A stretch of DNA of 62,774 bases, the filler included. It is 4 parts of 4 records of this genome, joined end to end, with 100 filler letters (N's around TTAATTAATTAA, not from the genome) between each part and the next. Parts side by side here need not be neighbours in the genome. Positions count along the whole stretch, not along the records: positions 1 to 21,555 come from DRR378314_1745; positions 21,656 to 41,107 come from DRR378314_1746; 2 more parts are not named here. One strand, given 5' to 3'. The notes under the pieces are model-generated. The model was not told the DNA's origin. It saw nothing but the letters and a program-made list of their open reading frames with translations, and searched no databases. Of the stretch, positions 20,204 to 29,557 are shown piece by piece. The first letter of the stretch is position 1. Each line of letters opens with the position of its first letter. Made by a program: the position numbers and the translations under genes.

Positions 20204-20656
20204 CTAGTTCGCAAATACATCCGTGAGGATGAAGCCCAGCGCGATTGCATCATCCTTGGTAAACGCATCAGGCTGATCGCTGTCGATGTCAAAAACCGCG
20301 ATAACGTCTCCGCGTGCGTTGCGGACCGGCAAAACCAGTTCAGAGCGGGTGGACGACGCACAGGCGATATGGCCGGGGAACGCCTCGACATCTGGAATCA
20401 GTTGCACTTGCCCCGTTCGGGCAGCCGCGCCACAAACCCCCCGTTCGAACGGAATCACGAGGCAGCCATGCCCACCCTGATAGGGCCCGATTTTCAATAC
20501 TTCGGGTTCGGTCACGCGGTAAAACCCTGTCCAATCGAAACGGTCATCGGAATGATGCACTTCGCACGCAACCGTGGCCATCAGCGCAACCTCATCCGTT
20601 TCGCCTTCGGTCAGGGCAGCGATGGTTTTGGCAAGTGTGTCGTAATCGGCTGTCAT
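20204..20656 (-). CDS. GAF domain protein, free methionine-R-sulfoxide reductase (MsrC/fRMsr)-like
   Basis: WTGFY, GPYQG, GVCGAAA, FPGHIAC and DIDSD motifs. Confidence 0.88.
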   Translation of the reverse strand: MTADYDTLAKTIAALTEGETDEVALMATVACEVHHSDDRFDWTGFYRVTEPEVLKIGPYQGGHGCLVIPFERGVCGAAARTGQVQLIPDVEAFPGHIACASSTRSELVLPVRNARGDVIAVFDIDSDQPDAFTKDDAIALGFILTDVFAN

Positions 20657-20750
20657 GATGATTGACCTTGCATTCGGTGGGTCAGGGGCGCTGCCCCTCT
20701 TGAACCTGTGGTTCAATTCACCCTCGGAGTATTTGCAAAAAGATAAGGCG

Positions 20751-21555
20751 TCAAATGCGTTCTATCGCGATGGCCGTACCTTCTCCACCGCCGATGCAGA
20801 TTGCTGCGACACCACGCTTGAGGTTTCGTTTTTCCAGCGCGTTCAACAGTGTGACCATGATGCGGGCACCAGAGGCGCCGATCGGATGGCCGAGGGCGCA
20901 GGCCCCGCCATTTACGTTCACGATGTCGCGAGACAAACCCATTTCATGCATGAAAGCCATAGGCACAACTGCAAAGGCTTCGTTCACCTCCCACAGATCG
21001 ACATCTTCTTTCTTCCAGCCGATACGCTCCAACAGTTTCTGTGCGGCCGGAACAGGGGCAGTTGTGAACAGTCCGGGCGCCTGCGCGTGGCTAGCATGAC
21101 CGAGAATTCGCGCGCGCACGGTCAGGTTCAACGCTTGGGCGGCTTCCGCTGATGCAAGGACCAACGCGGCGGCCCCATCCGAGATCGAGGACGAATTGGC
21201 CGCTGTGACCGTACCGTCCTTACGAAAGGCTGGTTTCAGTGTGGGTATCTTATCGGGCCGTGCCGATTTCGGCTGCTCATCTGCGCCTAAAACGACCTCG
21301 CCCTTACGAGACTGAATCGTGATCGGGGCAATTTCTTGATCAAAGGCGCTATTTTCTTGCGCGGACAGGGCATTTGAAAGGGATCGCAGCGCGTATTCGT
21401 CCTGAGCCTCACGCGTGAACTGGTAGGCTTCCGCACAATCTTCGGCGAAGGTTCCCATGAGACGGCCTTTGTCATAGGCGTCCTCGAGCCCGTCCAGAAA
21501 CATATGGTCAACCACCTGCCCGTGACCGATCCGGGCGCCGCCGCGCATTTTGGGC
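20751..21555 (-). CDS. Acetyl-CoA C-acyltransferase (thiolase), 5' end cut by the contig boundary
   Basis: EVNEAFA, GHPIGASGAR and ICIGGGEG. The frame runs into the spacer. Confidence 0.92.
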
Positions 21556-21655
21556 NNNNNNNNNNNNNNNNNNNNNNNNNNNNNNNNNNNNNNNNNNNNT
21601 TAATTAATTAANNNNNNNNNNNNNNNNNNNNNNNNNNNNNNNNNNNNNNNNNNNN
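21556..21655. other. Artificial contig spacer
   Basis: N44-TTAATTAATTAA-N44 gives stops in all six frames. Genes on both sides are truncated. Confidence 0.98.
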
Positions 21656-22057
21656 CCATGTCAGCGTCGGGTAGTTGAAGATCGACGAATATTTCATCCG
21701 CCCGTCCAGCAGCATCTCGGTCATCTCGTCGCGCGAAATACCCAGCGTTTCCGCCGCGCAATAGAGGTAGAGCCCATGGCCCGCCTCGTCCTGCACCTTG
21801 GCCAAGAGGATCGCCTTGCGCTCCAGCGTCGGTGCGCGGGTGATCCAGTTGCCCTCGGGCAGTTGGCCGACAATTTCGGAATGGGCGTGCTGTCCGATCT
21901 GGCGGATCAGCGTTTTGCGGTAGCCGTCGGGCATCCAGTCCTTCGGTTCGATCTTCTCGCCCGCGTCAATACGCTCCTGAAAGGCGCGGTCCTCAGGGCT
22001 CATCTCGTCAAGGGATTGCACTCCCGTGCCGGTCGATTTGACCATCTGCGCGTACAT
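21656..22057 (-). CDS. paaA: Phenylacetyl-CoA epoxidase subunit A, 3' end cut by the contig boundary
   Basis: [40 protein letters not shown] and [12 protein letters not shown]. Confidence 0.95.
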
Positions 22058-22158
22058 GGCTGGCTCCTCCGGTTGTAACCCGAATAACTTGGCAAAGGCC
22101 GGACCTGGATCTGTCCGTCTGTCCTCAATCTAGGCCTCCGTGCGATTCGGCTCAAGTC

Positions 22159-22183
22159 AAATGTAACCGAAATAGTCACATTT
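22159..22183. promoter_or_regulatory. Inverted repeat upstream of paaA, candidate paa repressor operator
   Basis: AAATGTAAC-N7-GTCACATTT (8/9 match) in an AT-rich patch about 100 nt upstream of the paaA start. Confidence 0.5.
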
Positions 22184-22373
22184 GTGAAAATGTGTAACGC
22201 ATGCCTGGGTGGGCACGTCACCCGACCGCTATCACACCGTAAAAGCTGGAAATTTGCAGCGGTTTCGAGACTCGGCCGTGTCGTCTCGGCCATGATGGAA
22301 GACTGGGGGTGAGTCGCGAACGCGCCATGCCCTGTCTGCAATTCTGAGTGGAAGGGGCTGCAAGCTGGCTGAA

Positions 22374-24182
22374 ATGGACAATATTCTGCGTATCGGAGGA
22401 GCTTGTGGCTACTGGGGAGACGACGCACAGGCCACGTCACAGGTGTTGGCGGCAGGTCATCTGGACGTTCTGGTCTATAATTACCTGACTGAGCAAACGA
22501 TGGCACATCTTGCCAGAGCGCGGGCGCGCGAGGCGAAGTCCGGCTATATCGCGGCGTTCATTCACGATGCTCTGAGTCCGAACCTTGCGCAGATTGCCCG
22601 CCAAGGGGTGACGGTCATCGCCAACGCGGGTGGTATGAACCCGCAGGCGTGCGCGGCGGCGGCGGAGGCCGCGATAGACCGTGCGGGCCTCGCCCTCAGG
22701 GTGGCGGTGATCACCGGCGACGACCTGACAGCCCGGGCACAGCAGATGGCAGATGAGGCACCACGTGACATTCACACGGGCGCGCGGTTCCCCTCAATCG
22801 AGACCATCGCCAGCATCACCGCCTACCATGGCGCGCTGCCCATTGTCGCTGCGCTGGAAGAAGGTGCGGATATCGTCATCACCGGCGGCTGCGCGGGCAG
22901 CAGCCTGACGTTGGCGGCGGCGATCCATCACTTCGGCTGGTCCAAGGGGGATCTGAACTACCTCGCGGGTGGCAGCCTCGCCGGGCATGTGCTGGAATGC
23001 GGTGTGCAGGCGACCGGCGGCACCTTCACCGATTGGGAAGAGGTCGCGGACGATATCGAAAGTCTGGGCTATCCGATTGCCGAGATCGCGGGCGACGGCA
23101 GCTTTGTCGTGACCAAGCCCGAGGGGACCGGCGGGCTTGTGAGTTGCGGCACGGTGGGCGAGCAGATCCTCTACCAGATCGGCAACCCCCGGGAGTATGT
23201 GTTGCCGGATGTGATCTGTGATTTCTCCGACGTGAGGCTGGAGCAGATCGGCCCTGACAGGGTGCAGGTGCTGGGCGCGCGTGGTCGGAGTGGACCCAGC
23301 ACCTACAGGACCGGCGTGGCCTGGGCGAATGGGTTTCGCACCGGGGAGTATTTCACCTTTTATGGCGCGGATGCAGAGCGCAAGGCGGAGCGGTTTGCCG
23401 AGGCGACACTGGCCAGAGCCTCCGCCCAGCTTGCGGCGCGCGGCATGGCGCCCTTCACGCAGAGCAGTGTCGAGATCCTTGGCGCCGAGAGCCAGTTCGG
23501 CCTGTTGCGCAGCAGTGAGGCCGCGCGCGAAGTGGTCGCCAAAGTGGCGGTGCGTCATCCGGACGCCGCCGGAGTTCTGACCTTTCACAAGGCCGCCAAC
23601 GGGCTTGGGATGGCTGCGCCGCCGGGCCTCAGCGGGTTTGTCGGGGGCGGTCCGCGCCCTGCGCCAGTGCTGTCGCTGTTTTCCTGCCTGACGCCAAAAT
23701 CTGATGTGCCACTGATGGTCCGGATCGGCACGCAGCTGGAGCGCAAGGTGGTGGTGCCTGCGACTGAGATGGAGCAGAGCGACCAACTGCCCGCGCCCCA
23801 TGCCGCTCCGAAATCACCTGTGAAAAAGGGGCCGGTGGTGACCGTCCCATTGTCCCGGCTGGCCTTTGCGCGCAGTGGCGACAGGGGCGACATGGTCAAT
23901 ATCGGGGTGATCGCCCGCCGTCCTGAACAGTTGCCGTGGATCTGGGACGCGCTGGATAGGGAGCATCTGGAGCGGGTTTTTGGTCACGTGCTGGCGAAGG
24001 GGCAGATCACGCGCTACGTTCTGCCCGGTATGTCGGCAATGAACATCACGCTTACCGGCGTGTTGGAGGGCGGGGCCGTGTCCTCCTTGCGCAATGATCC
24101 GCAGGGCAAGGGATTTGCGCAGCTGCTGCTTGCCGTCCCCATATTGGTAGATTGGTCGCTGCTGGGAGCCGGTGGCGCGTGA
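22374..24182 (+). CDS. AtuA family (acyclic terpene utilisation, DUF1446) protein, divergent
   Basis: GYWGD, NAGGMNP, AGHVLECG, GYPIAEI, ARSGD and DPQGKG in 602 aa. Confidence 0.88.
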   Translation: MDNILRIGGACGYWGDDAQATSQVLAAGHLDVLVYNYLTEQTMAHLARARAREAKSGYIAAFIHDALSPNLAQIARQGVTVIANAGGMNPQACAAAAEAAIDRAGLALRVAVITGDDLTARAQQMADEAPRDIHTGARFPSIETIASITAYHGALPIVAALEEGADIVITGGCAGSSLTLAAAIHHFGWSKGDLNYLAGGSLAGHVLECGVQATGGTFTDWEEVADDIESLGYPIAEIAGDGSFVVTKPEGTGGLVSCGTVGEQILYQIGNPREYVLPDVICDFSDVRLEQIGPDRVQVLGARGRSGPSTYRTGVAWANGFRTGEYFTFYGADAERKAERFAEATLARASAQLAARGMAPFTQSSVEILGAESQFGLLRSSEAAREVVAKVAVRHPDAAGVLTFHKAANGLGMAAPPGLSGFVGGGPRPAPVLSLFSCLTPKSDVPLMVRIGTQLERKVVVPATEMEQSDQLPAPHAAPKSPVKKGPVVTVPLSRLAFARSGDRGDMVNIGVIARRPEQLPWIWDALDREHLERVFGHVLAKGQITRYVLPGMSAMNITLTGVLEGGAVSSLRNDPQGKGFAQLLLAVPILVDWSLLGAGGA

Positions 24183-24400
24183 CACGCGTTGCTTCGACCG
24201 GACGAGAGGCTGGAGACGCCGTCGTCCTGGCGCGCAACTGCCCGGCCGATGCGTGTCTGTCTCGTGACTGATCGGTCCCACAATCAGGCCGTCGTGCCAC
24301 GGTGTCCGCCTGCGCGGTCTTCTGGCCATCCCCTTGCGGCCTGAGTTGCCAAGCCTGTCCTTGCTGCCGTAAGCAGGCACACAGGCAACAGGAGACGGGC

Positions 24401-25051
24401 ATGGCCGGGCAGACGGAGACGCTGATTGCAGCGATCCTCGAGGATATCGACGCCGGGCGGTTGGCGCCGGGACAGGAGATTGACGAGGCGGTGCTGGCCA
24501 GCCGCCATGGCGTGTCGCGCACGCCGATCCGCGAGGCCTATATCCAGCTCGAAGCCTTCGGCCTGATCCGCCGCCTGCCGCGCAAGGGGGCGGTGTTGTT
24601 CAAGCCGACGCTGGAGGAGTTCCTCGCCATCCAAGAGGTGCATGCGCAGCTGGAAGGGCAGGCGGCAGGACTGGCGGCGCGGCGCATTTCGCCTGTGTTG
24701 CGCGCCCGGCTGGAGGCGGCTGTGACCGCCTGCGAGGCGCATGCGGCGGCACAGGGCGACAGCGATCCCGACGGCTATTACCAGCTGAACCTTGTGTTTC
24801 ACGAAACCGTGGCGCTGGGCGCGGCCAATCCGTTTCTGGTCGAAATGATCAAGACCAATGCCCGCAAGCTGATGGCCTATTATCGCGCCCGCTACCGCTA
24901 TCCCGGCGCCATTGCGCAATCGGCGCAAGAGCACCGCGAGATCGCGGCGCTGATCCTGTCGCATGACCGCGATCGTGCCGAGGCCGCGATGCAGGCGCAT
25001 GTGCTGTTCGATCAGGTCACGGTGATGGATCTGCTGGCAGCCCTTGGTTAG
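24401..25051 (+). CDS. GntR family regulator (FCD domain)
   Basis: GVSRTPIREA HTH and an FCD domain (NLVFH, EHREI). AGGAG RBS. Confidence 0.9.
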   Translation: MAGQTETLIAAILEDIDAGRLAPGQEIDEAVLASRHGVSRTPIREAYIQLEAFGLIRRLPRKGAVLFKPTLEEFLAIQEVHAQLEGQAAGLAARRISPVLRARLEAAVTACEAHAAAQGDSDPDGYYQLNLVFHETVALGAANPFLVEMIKTNARKLMAYYRARYRYPGAIAQSAQEHREIAALILSHDRDRAEAAMQAHVLFDQVTVMDLLAALG

Positions 25052-25758
25052 CCGGCGCGCGCAACTTCGAAAAACCGTGCGATGGCTTCTGCCAGTGCGG
25101 GCTGGTCGACCTTCTGCTTCAAGCTCTCCTGCGCGCGGGCGTAGACCTCGGGACCCATGTCCTGCCGCAGCTCCTCGGTCAGCGCGCAGATGAAGTCATG
25201 GGTCATTTCCGGATGGTGCTGGGTGGTGGCGATATTGCGCCCCAGCGTAAAGCCGGTGCCGTGCCCGTCGCGGGTCATCAACGGGTCGGCCCCCTCCGGC
25301 AATTCGTGCACATATTCCACGTGAGAGCCGTAGATTGAGACCACATCCGGCAGCTCAGCTGCCCACTCCGGGCGCGCGATCAGGTGATTCTCCGTGCGGC
25401 CATGCACCCAGCCGTCGGGCAGATCGTCGACGCGTCCGCCCAGGGCGAGGGCAATCGCCTGATGGCCAAAACAGGCTCCGAACAGCGGAATCTTGCGATC
25501 ATGGATCTGCCGGATCAGCGCCAGCAGCCGGTCCACCCAGGGCGCGCCAGAGCGGGTGGAGGCGGGGCTGCCAGTGATCATCACCCCGTCATAACGGCTT
25601 ATATCTTCAGGAAAAATATCGTCCTTCACCGCGAAGACATCACAGGACCAGTGGGGCCGCGCCATCTGCACCAGCGCGGTGAACTTTGCGCCATCCTTCG
25701 GGTGCCTGTGTGCAAAGGCGCTGTCGTCCGTATTGGTCATCAAAATCGCAATGCGCAT
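25048..25758 (-). CDS. Class I glutamine amidotransferase-like hydrolase (probable gamma-glutamyl-amide hydrolase)
   Basis: ITGSPAS, nucleophile GACFGHQ and His-Glu in QHHPE. Confidence 0.88.
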   Translation of the reverse strand: MRIAILMTNTDDSAFAHRHPKDGAKFTALVQMARPHWSCDVFAVKDDIFPEDISRYDGVMITGSPASTRSGAPWVDRLLALIRQIHDRKIPLFGACFGHQAIALALGGRVDDLPDGWVHGRTENHLIARPEWAAELPDVVSIYGSHVEYVHELPEGADPLMTRDGHGTGFTLGRNIATTQHHPEMTHDFICALTEELRQDMGPEVYARAQESLKQKVDQPALAEAIARFFEVARAG

Positions 25759-25831
25759 GTTCAGGCTTCCCATATGCATATTTACAGTGCTTAATAGTAT
25801 ACATGTGAAGCAAGCCAAAGGAAGCCCCGCC

Positions 25832-27091
25832 ATGACGATCTGGACCCCGACCGATGATGGGCACGCGGACCTGTCGAGCCATGACGCCTTTGCCAGCGGT
25901 GCGCCGCATAACACCTTTGCCCGGCTGCGCCGCGAGGATCCACTGCACTGGACCGAATATGCGGACGGGCAGAATTTCTGGTCGGTCACGCGCTATGACG
26001 ACATCACCAGAATGAACAAGAACACGGAGGTGTTTTCCTCGGCGCGCGGCATTCGCATGGAAGACCAGACCTATGAGGAATACCTCGCCCGGCGTACGTT
26101 TCAGGAAACCGATCCGCCCGATCATGCGCAGGTGCGGATGAAACTCCTGAAGGCGTTTTCAAAGACCACCATGGCGCAATATGAGGACGACATTCGCGCC
26201 CTCTGCGCCGAAATTTTGGACGCGGCGCTGGCAAAGGGCAGCTTTGACGCCACCAAGGAGATCGCCCGGCAATTGCCGATGCGGATGCTGGGGCGCGTGG
26301 TGGGTCTGCCGGACGCCGATCTGCCGTGGCTGGTGGAAAAAGGTGATGCGTTGATCGCCAATACCGACCCGGATTTCACTTCGCATGTGCTGGACAAGAT
26401 GGACACGGATGAATTCCGAATGATGCCCTTCAACTCTCCTGCGGGGGCAGAATTATACATCTATGCCAAGGAGTTGATGGAAGCGAAGGAAAAGGCCGGC
26501 GACACCTCGGGCGTGCTCAACATGATCCTGCAGCCAGCCCGCGACGGCTCGGTCATTACCGAGACCGAGTTTCGCAATTTCTTCTGCCTGCTGGTGGCGG
26601 CGGGCAATGACACCACCCGCTATTCCATCGCGGCTGGCATTCAGGCGATGTGCCATCAGCCGGCGCTGCTGGCGCAGATGCAGGCGGGCGGCGATGTCTG
26701 GGAGACGGCGGCGGATGAGATCATCCGCTGGGCCACGCCCGCGCTCTACTTCCGCCGCACCGCGACGCAGGATGTGGAGATGCACGGCAAGATGATCCGC
26801 GAGGGCGACAAGCTGCTCTACTGGTTCATCTCCGCCAATCGCGACGACAGCTATTTTGACGACCCGTTCCGGGTGAACCTGATGCGCAATCCCAACCGGC
26901 ATCTGTCCTTTGGCCAGTTCGGCCCGCATGTCTGCCTTGGCATGTGGCTGGCGCGGCTGGAGGTCACCGTTTTGTTTCAAGAGCTTGCCAAGCGGATCAA
27001 GTCCATCGAGCCAGCCGGTGCCCATAAATTCCTGCGCTCGAATTTCGTCGGCGGCATCAAGGAATTGCCGGTTCGGGTGGAAGCCGCGTAG
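25832..27091 (+). CDS. Cytochrome P450
   Basis: DPPDH, I-helix AAGNDTT, ExxR (EIIR) and heme ligand FGQFGPHVCLG. Confidence 0.95.
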   Translation: MTIWTPTDDGHADLSSHDAFASGAPHNTFARLRREDPLHWTEYADGQNFWSVTRYDDITRMNKNTEVFSSARGIRMEDQTYEEYLARRTFQETDPPDHAQVRMKLLKAFSKTTMAQYEDDIRALCAEILDAALAKGSFDATKEIARQLPMRMLGRVVGLPDADLPWLVEKGDALIANTDPDFTSHVLDKMDTDEFRMMPFNSPAGAELYIYAKELMEAKEKAGDTSGVLNMILQPARDGSVITETEFRNFFCLLVAAGNDTTRYSIAAGIQAMCHQPALLAQMQAGGDVWETAADEIIRWATPALYFRRTATQDVEMHGKMIREGDKLLYWFISANRDDSYFDDPFRVNLMRNPNRHLSFGQFGPHVCLGMWLARLEVTVLFQELAKRIKSIEPAGAHKFLRSNFVGGIKELPVRVEAA

Positions 27092-27257
27092 GCTCAACAA
27101 AAGACCCGTTCGGGCGGTCGCCCGGACAGCGCCCGACCTCCCCCACGGAAGGGCGCATCGCACCCACCCGAGGTCGGCCACTGCCCTCTGTTGGGACCCA
27201 ATCTGGGCCAAGACGCACGCCAAAGATGCGCAGGCCGCCAACAGGAAAGGAAGCCAA

Positions 27258-28547
27258 ATGAAAACCCGCCTGCGTGCGCTTTTCTGCGACCATCTCAGTA
27301 TCATGCGCGGAAAATACCTGCCGCATTCCAAGATCGGCGACGATGACACCCGGTTCTGCCGCTCCGTCTTTGGAACGCACTACGACCGCGATCTGCTGGA
27401 TGCGCCGGGGTCGATGGTGAAACAGGGCCTGCCGGATATGGAGCTGCGCTGGCGCGGCGAGGAGATCCGCGACAGCTGGCATGCCTCGACCAAGATTGTG
27501 CTGGGCGATCTCTATGACGATGCGGGCGAGCGGCTCACGCTGTGTCCGCGGGGCGCGTTGAAGCGCGCGGTGGCGGGCTGGCAGGCCAGGGGGCTCAACC
27601 CCAAGGTGGGGATCGAGCTGGAAGCCTTTGCCCTGCAGCCGGACGACTATGGCCGGTTGGTGCCCTATGACGCGCCGGGCGGCGTGGTCTATGGCACCGG
27701 ACCGTTTGCGGACCCGTTGCGGTTCAATGACCGGATCTGGGCGATGGCGGATGAGATGGGGTTCTCGCTCGACATGATCACCGCCGAGTTCGACAGCCCG
27801 CAGTTCGAATATACGCTGACCTTCGATGATGCGGTGAAGGCGGTCGATGACATCGTGCTGTTCCGTCTGATGGCGCGGGAGATTGCGTTGGAGTATGGCA
27901 TCGTGCTGACCTTCATGCCCAAGCCGGTGGCGCAGGCGGGCGGGTCCGGCATGCATGTGAACTTGTCGTTCACCGATGAGGTCGGCGGCAATGCGCTGTC
28001 GTCCGGGCCGCGCGGCGGGCCGGAGCACATGAATGATCTGGCGCGCGGCTGTCTTGCCGGGTTTCTGCATCACCACAAGGGCTTGGCCGGTCTGATCGCC
28101 CCCACCGCCAACAGCTACATGCGGTTGCAGCCGGGCAGCCTGTCGGGCTTCTGGCAGAACTGGGGTGGCGATCATCGCAACGTCACCACGCGGATCAGCT
28201 CCGAAGGCGGCGCCAAGGCGCGGCTGGAGCACCGGATGGCGGATGCCTCGTCGAACCCCTACACCACGGTGGCCGCGCTGTTGCAGGCGGCGCTTCTTGG
28301 GGTGGATCAGGGCTATGCGCTGGGGCCGATGGAGACTGGCGACGGGTTTGATCGCACGGATACCCGCGAAAGCACCGCAATGACGCTGAAGGGCGCGGTG
28401 GCGGATCTGGAGAAGGACGTCGCGCTGACACAGGCCGTGGGGCCTGATCTGATCGCCAACCACGTCTATATGAAGCAGAAAGAGGTCCGCAAAACCCGCG
28501 ATCTGGAAGGGGATGCGCTGCGCGATTTTTACGTACATTTCGTCTGA
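27258..28547 (+). CDS. Glutamine synthetase-like gamma-glutamylamide ligase (PuuA/IpuC type)
   Basis: GIELE, EFDSPQFE, TFMPKP, GSGMHVN and LEHR. The GS flap GYEAP is replaced by GSLSG. Confidence 0.88.
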   Translation: MKTRLRALFCDHLSIMRGKYLPHSKIGDDDTRFCRSVFGTHYDRDLLDAPGSMVKQGLPDMELRWRGEEIRDSWHASTKIVLGDLYDDAGERLTLCPRGALKRAVAGWQARGLNPKVGIELEAFALQPDDYGRLVPYDAPGGVVYGTGPFADPLRFNDRIWAMADEMGFSLDMITAEFDSPQFEYTLTFDDAVKAVDDIVLFRLMAREIALEYGIVLTFMPKPVAQAGGSGMHVNLSFTDEVGGNALSSGPRGGPEHMNDLARGCLAGFLHHHKGLAGLIAPTANSYMRLQPGSLSGFWQNWGGDHRNVTTRISSEGGAKARLEHRMADASSNPYTTVAALLQAALLGVDQGYALGPMETGDGFDRTDTRESTAMTLKGAVADLEKDVALTQAVGPDLIANHVYMKQKEVRKTRDLEGDALRDFYVHFV

Positions 28548-28672
28548 CGGATTGTCTGAACTGAGACACAGATAGTGGCTCTTGCGCAGGCCCATCGCGG
28601 CCTGCGCTTGCTTTTTCTCGCGCGGCAGCGCCAGAGTGTCGGCACAATCAACTCAGGCGAAATGAGCAGAAC

Positions 28673-29419
28673 ATGTCTGATACAGAAGTGGCGTCGACAG
28701 CGATGACGTCAGATGCAGCCCCGCTGGTGACGCGAGAGGTCGCAGCCACATGCCTTGGCGTGAAGGTGCCGCAGTCTCCCTTCTTGACCGAGACGCGGAT
28801 CGAACGGATCAACGCGGCGCGCTATGAGGGCCAGGAGATCGCCGGAGCTCTGCATGTGGTGCGTGAAGACGACCGGGTGCTGGAGGTCGGCGCGGGCCTT
28901 GGTGTGGTGGGTGCGGTGATCGCGATGAATGCCAGGCCCGAGAAAGTGCTGTCCTTCGAGGCCAATCCGGAGCTGGTGCCGGTGATCACGGCCCTGCACG
29001 AGATGAACGAGCTGGGCGGTCGGGTGGAGCTGCGCAATCAGGTGCTTTTTGCCGGGGCGGACCGCCCAGAGACGATGGAATTCCACTTGCGCAACAGCTT
29101 TCTGGGTTCTTCACTGCTGAACGAGGGGGGGCGTCCCTCGCGGGTGGTTGAGATCCCGACCGTGGATCTGGCCGAGGTGGTGGCAGAGCTACAACCGACC
29201 GTGCTGGTGATGGATATCGAGGGCGGCGAGCTGGCGCTTCTGGAGGCGATGGACCTCAGCCCCTTCCGCGCCATCGTGATCGAATTCCACCCGGAGGCCT
29301 ATGAGGTCAAGGGCATGCGACGCTGCAAGACCATCCTGCGCGAGGGTGGTTTTCAGAAGGTCGAAGACGTCTCCAGCCGCACTGTCTGGACCTGCACTCG
29401 CGAAGGAGCGCCGACCTGA
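28673..29419 (+). CDS. FkbM family SAM-dependent methyltransferase
   Basis: VLEVGAGLG, FEANP, VMDIEGGE and IEFH motifs. Confidence 0.85.
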   Translation: MSDTEVASTAMTSDAAPLVTREVAATCLGVKVPQSPFLTETRIERINAARYEGQEIAGALHVVREDDRVLEVGAGLGVVGAVIAMNARPEKVLSFEANPELVPVITALHEMNELGGRVELRNQVLFAGADRPETMEFHLRNSFLGSSLLNEGGRPSRVVEIPTVDLAEVVAELQPTVLVMDIEGGELALLEAMDLSPFRAIVIEFHPEAYEVKGMRRCKTILREGGFQKVEDVSSRTVWTCTREGAPT

Positions 29420-29463
29420 GCCGCATACGCAACCGCGCCGCGCCAGCGGCGCTACCGAAAGAT

Positions 29464-29537
29464 GCGCGCCCGAAGCCAAAGGCTTCGGGCGCGCCATGGT
29501 ATCCGGTGGCCTCCGCGCCCCAATGGGGCACGGAGGC
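29464..29537. repeat. Two GC-rich hairpins between convergent genes (REP-like or terminator)
   Basis: Perfect 14-bp stem GCGCGCCCGAAGCC-AAA-GGCTTCGGGCGCGC (29464-29494) and a 12/13-bp stem at 29509-29537. Confidence 0.7.
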
Positions 29538-29557
29538 GGTGGCGCCCGGACGCCGTG

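Noticed and set aside
21600-21611. TTAATTAATTAA repeated three times as a possible biological repeat or att site
   Set aside because: It is always centred in exactly 44+44 N and is a six-frame stop linker.
20751-22057. Thiolase next to paaA as a paa operon (paaJ)
   Set aside because: The two genes are on different contigs separated by a linker.
27100-27230. GC-rich intergenic stretch (also 38440-38530) as a possible sRNA or riboswitch
   Set aside because: Only short imperfect hairpins and no recognisable RNA family motif. An Rfam scan would be needed.
27258-28547. Calling this gene glnA
   Set aside because: It lacks the GYEAP flap of true GSI and sits in a catabolic context.
27057-28595. 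512-aa minus-strand ORF (also 32823-34133 and similar)
   Set aside because: Antisense shadows of well-supported high-GC genes.
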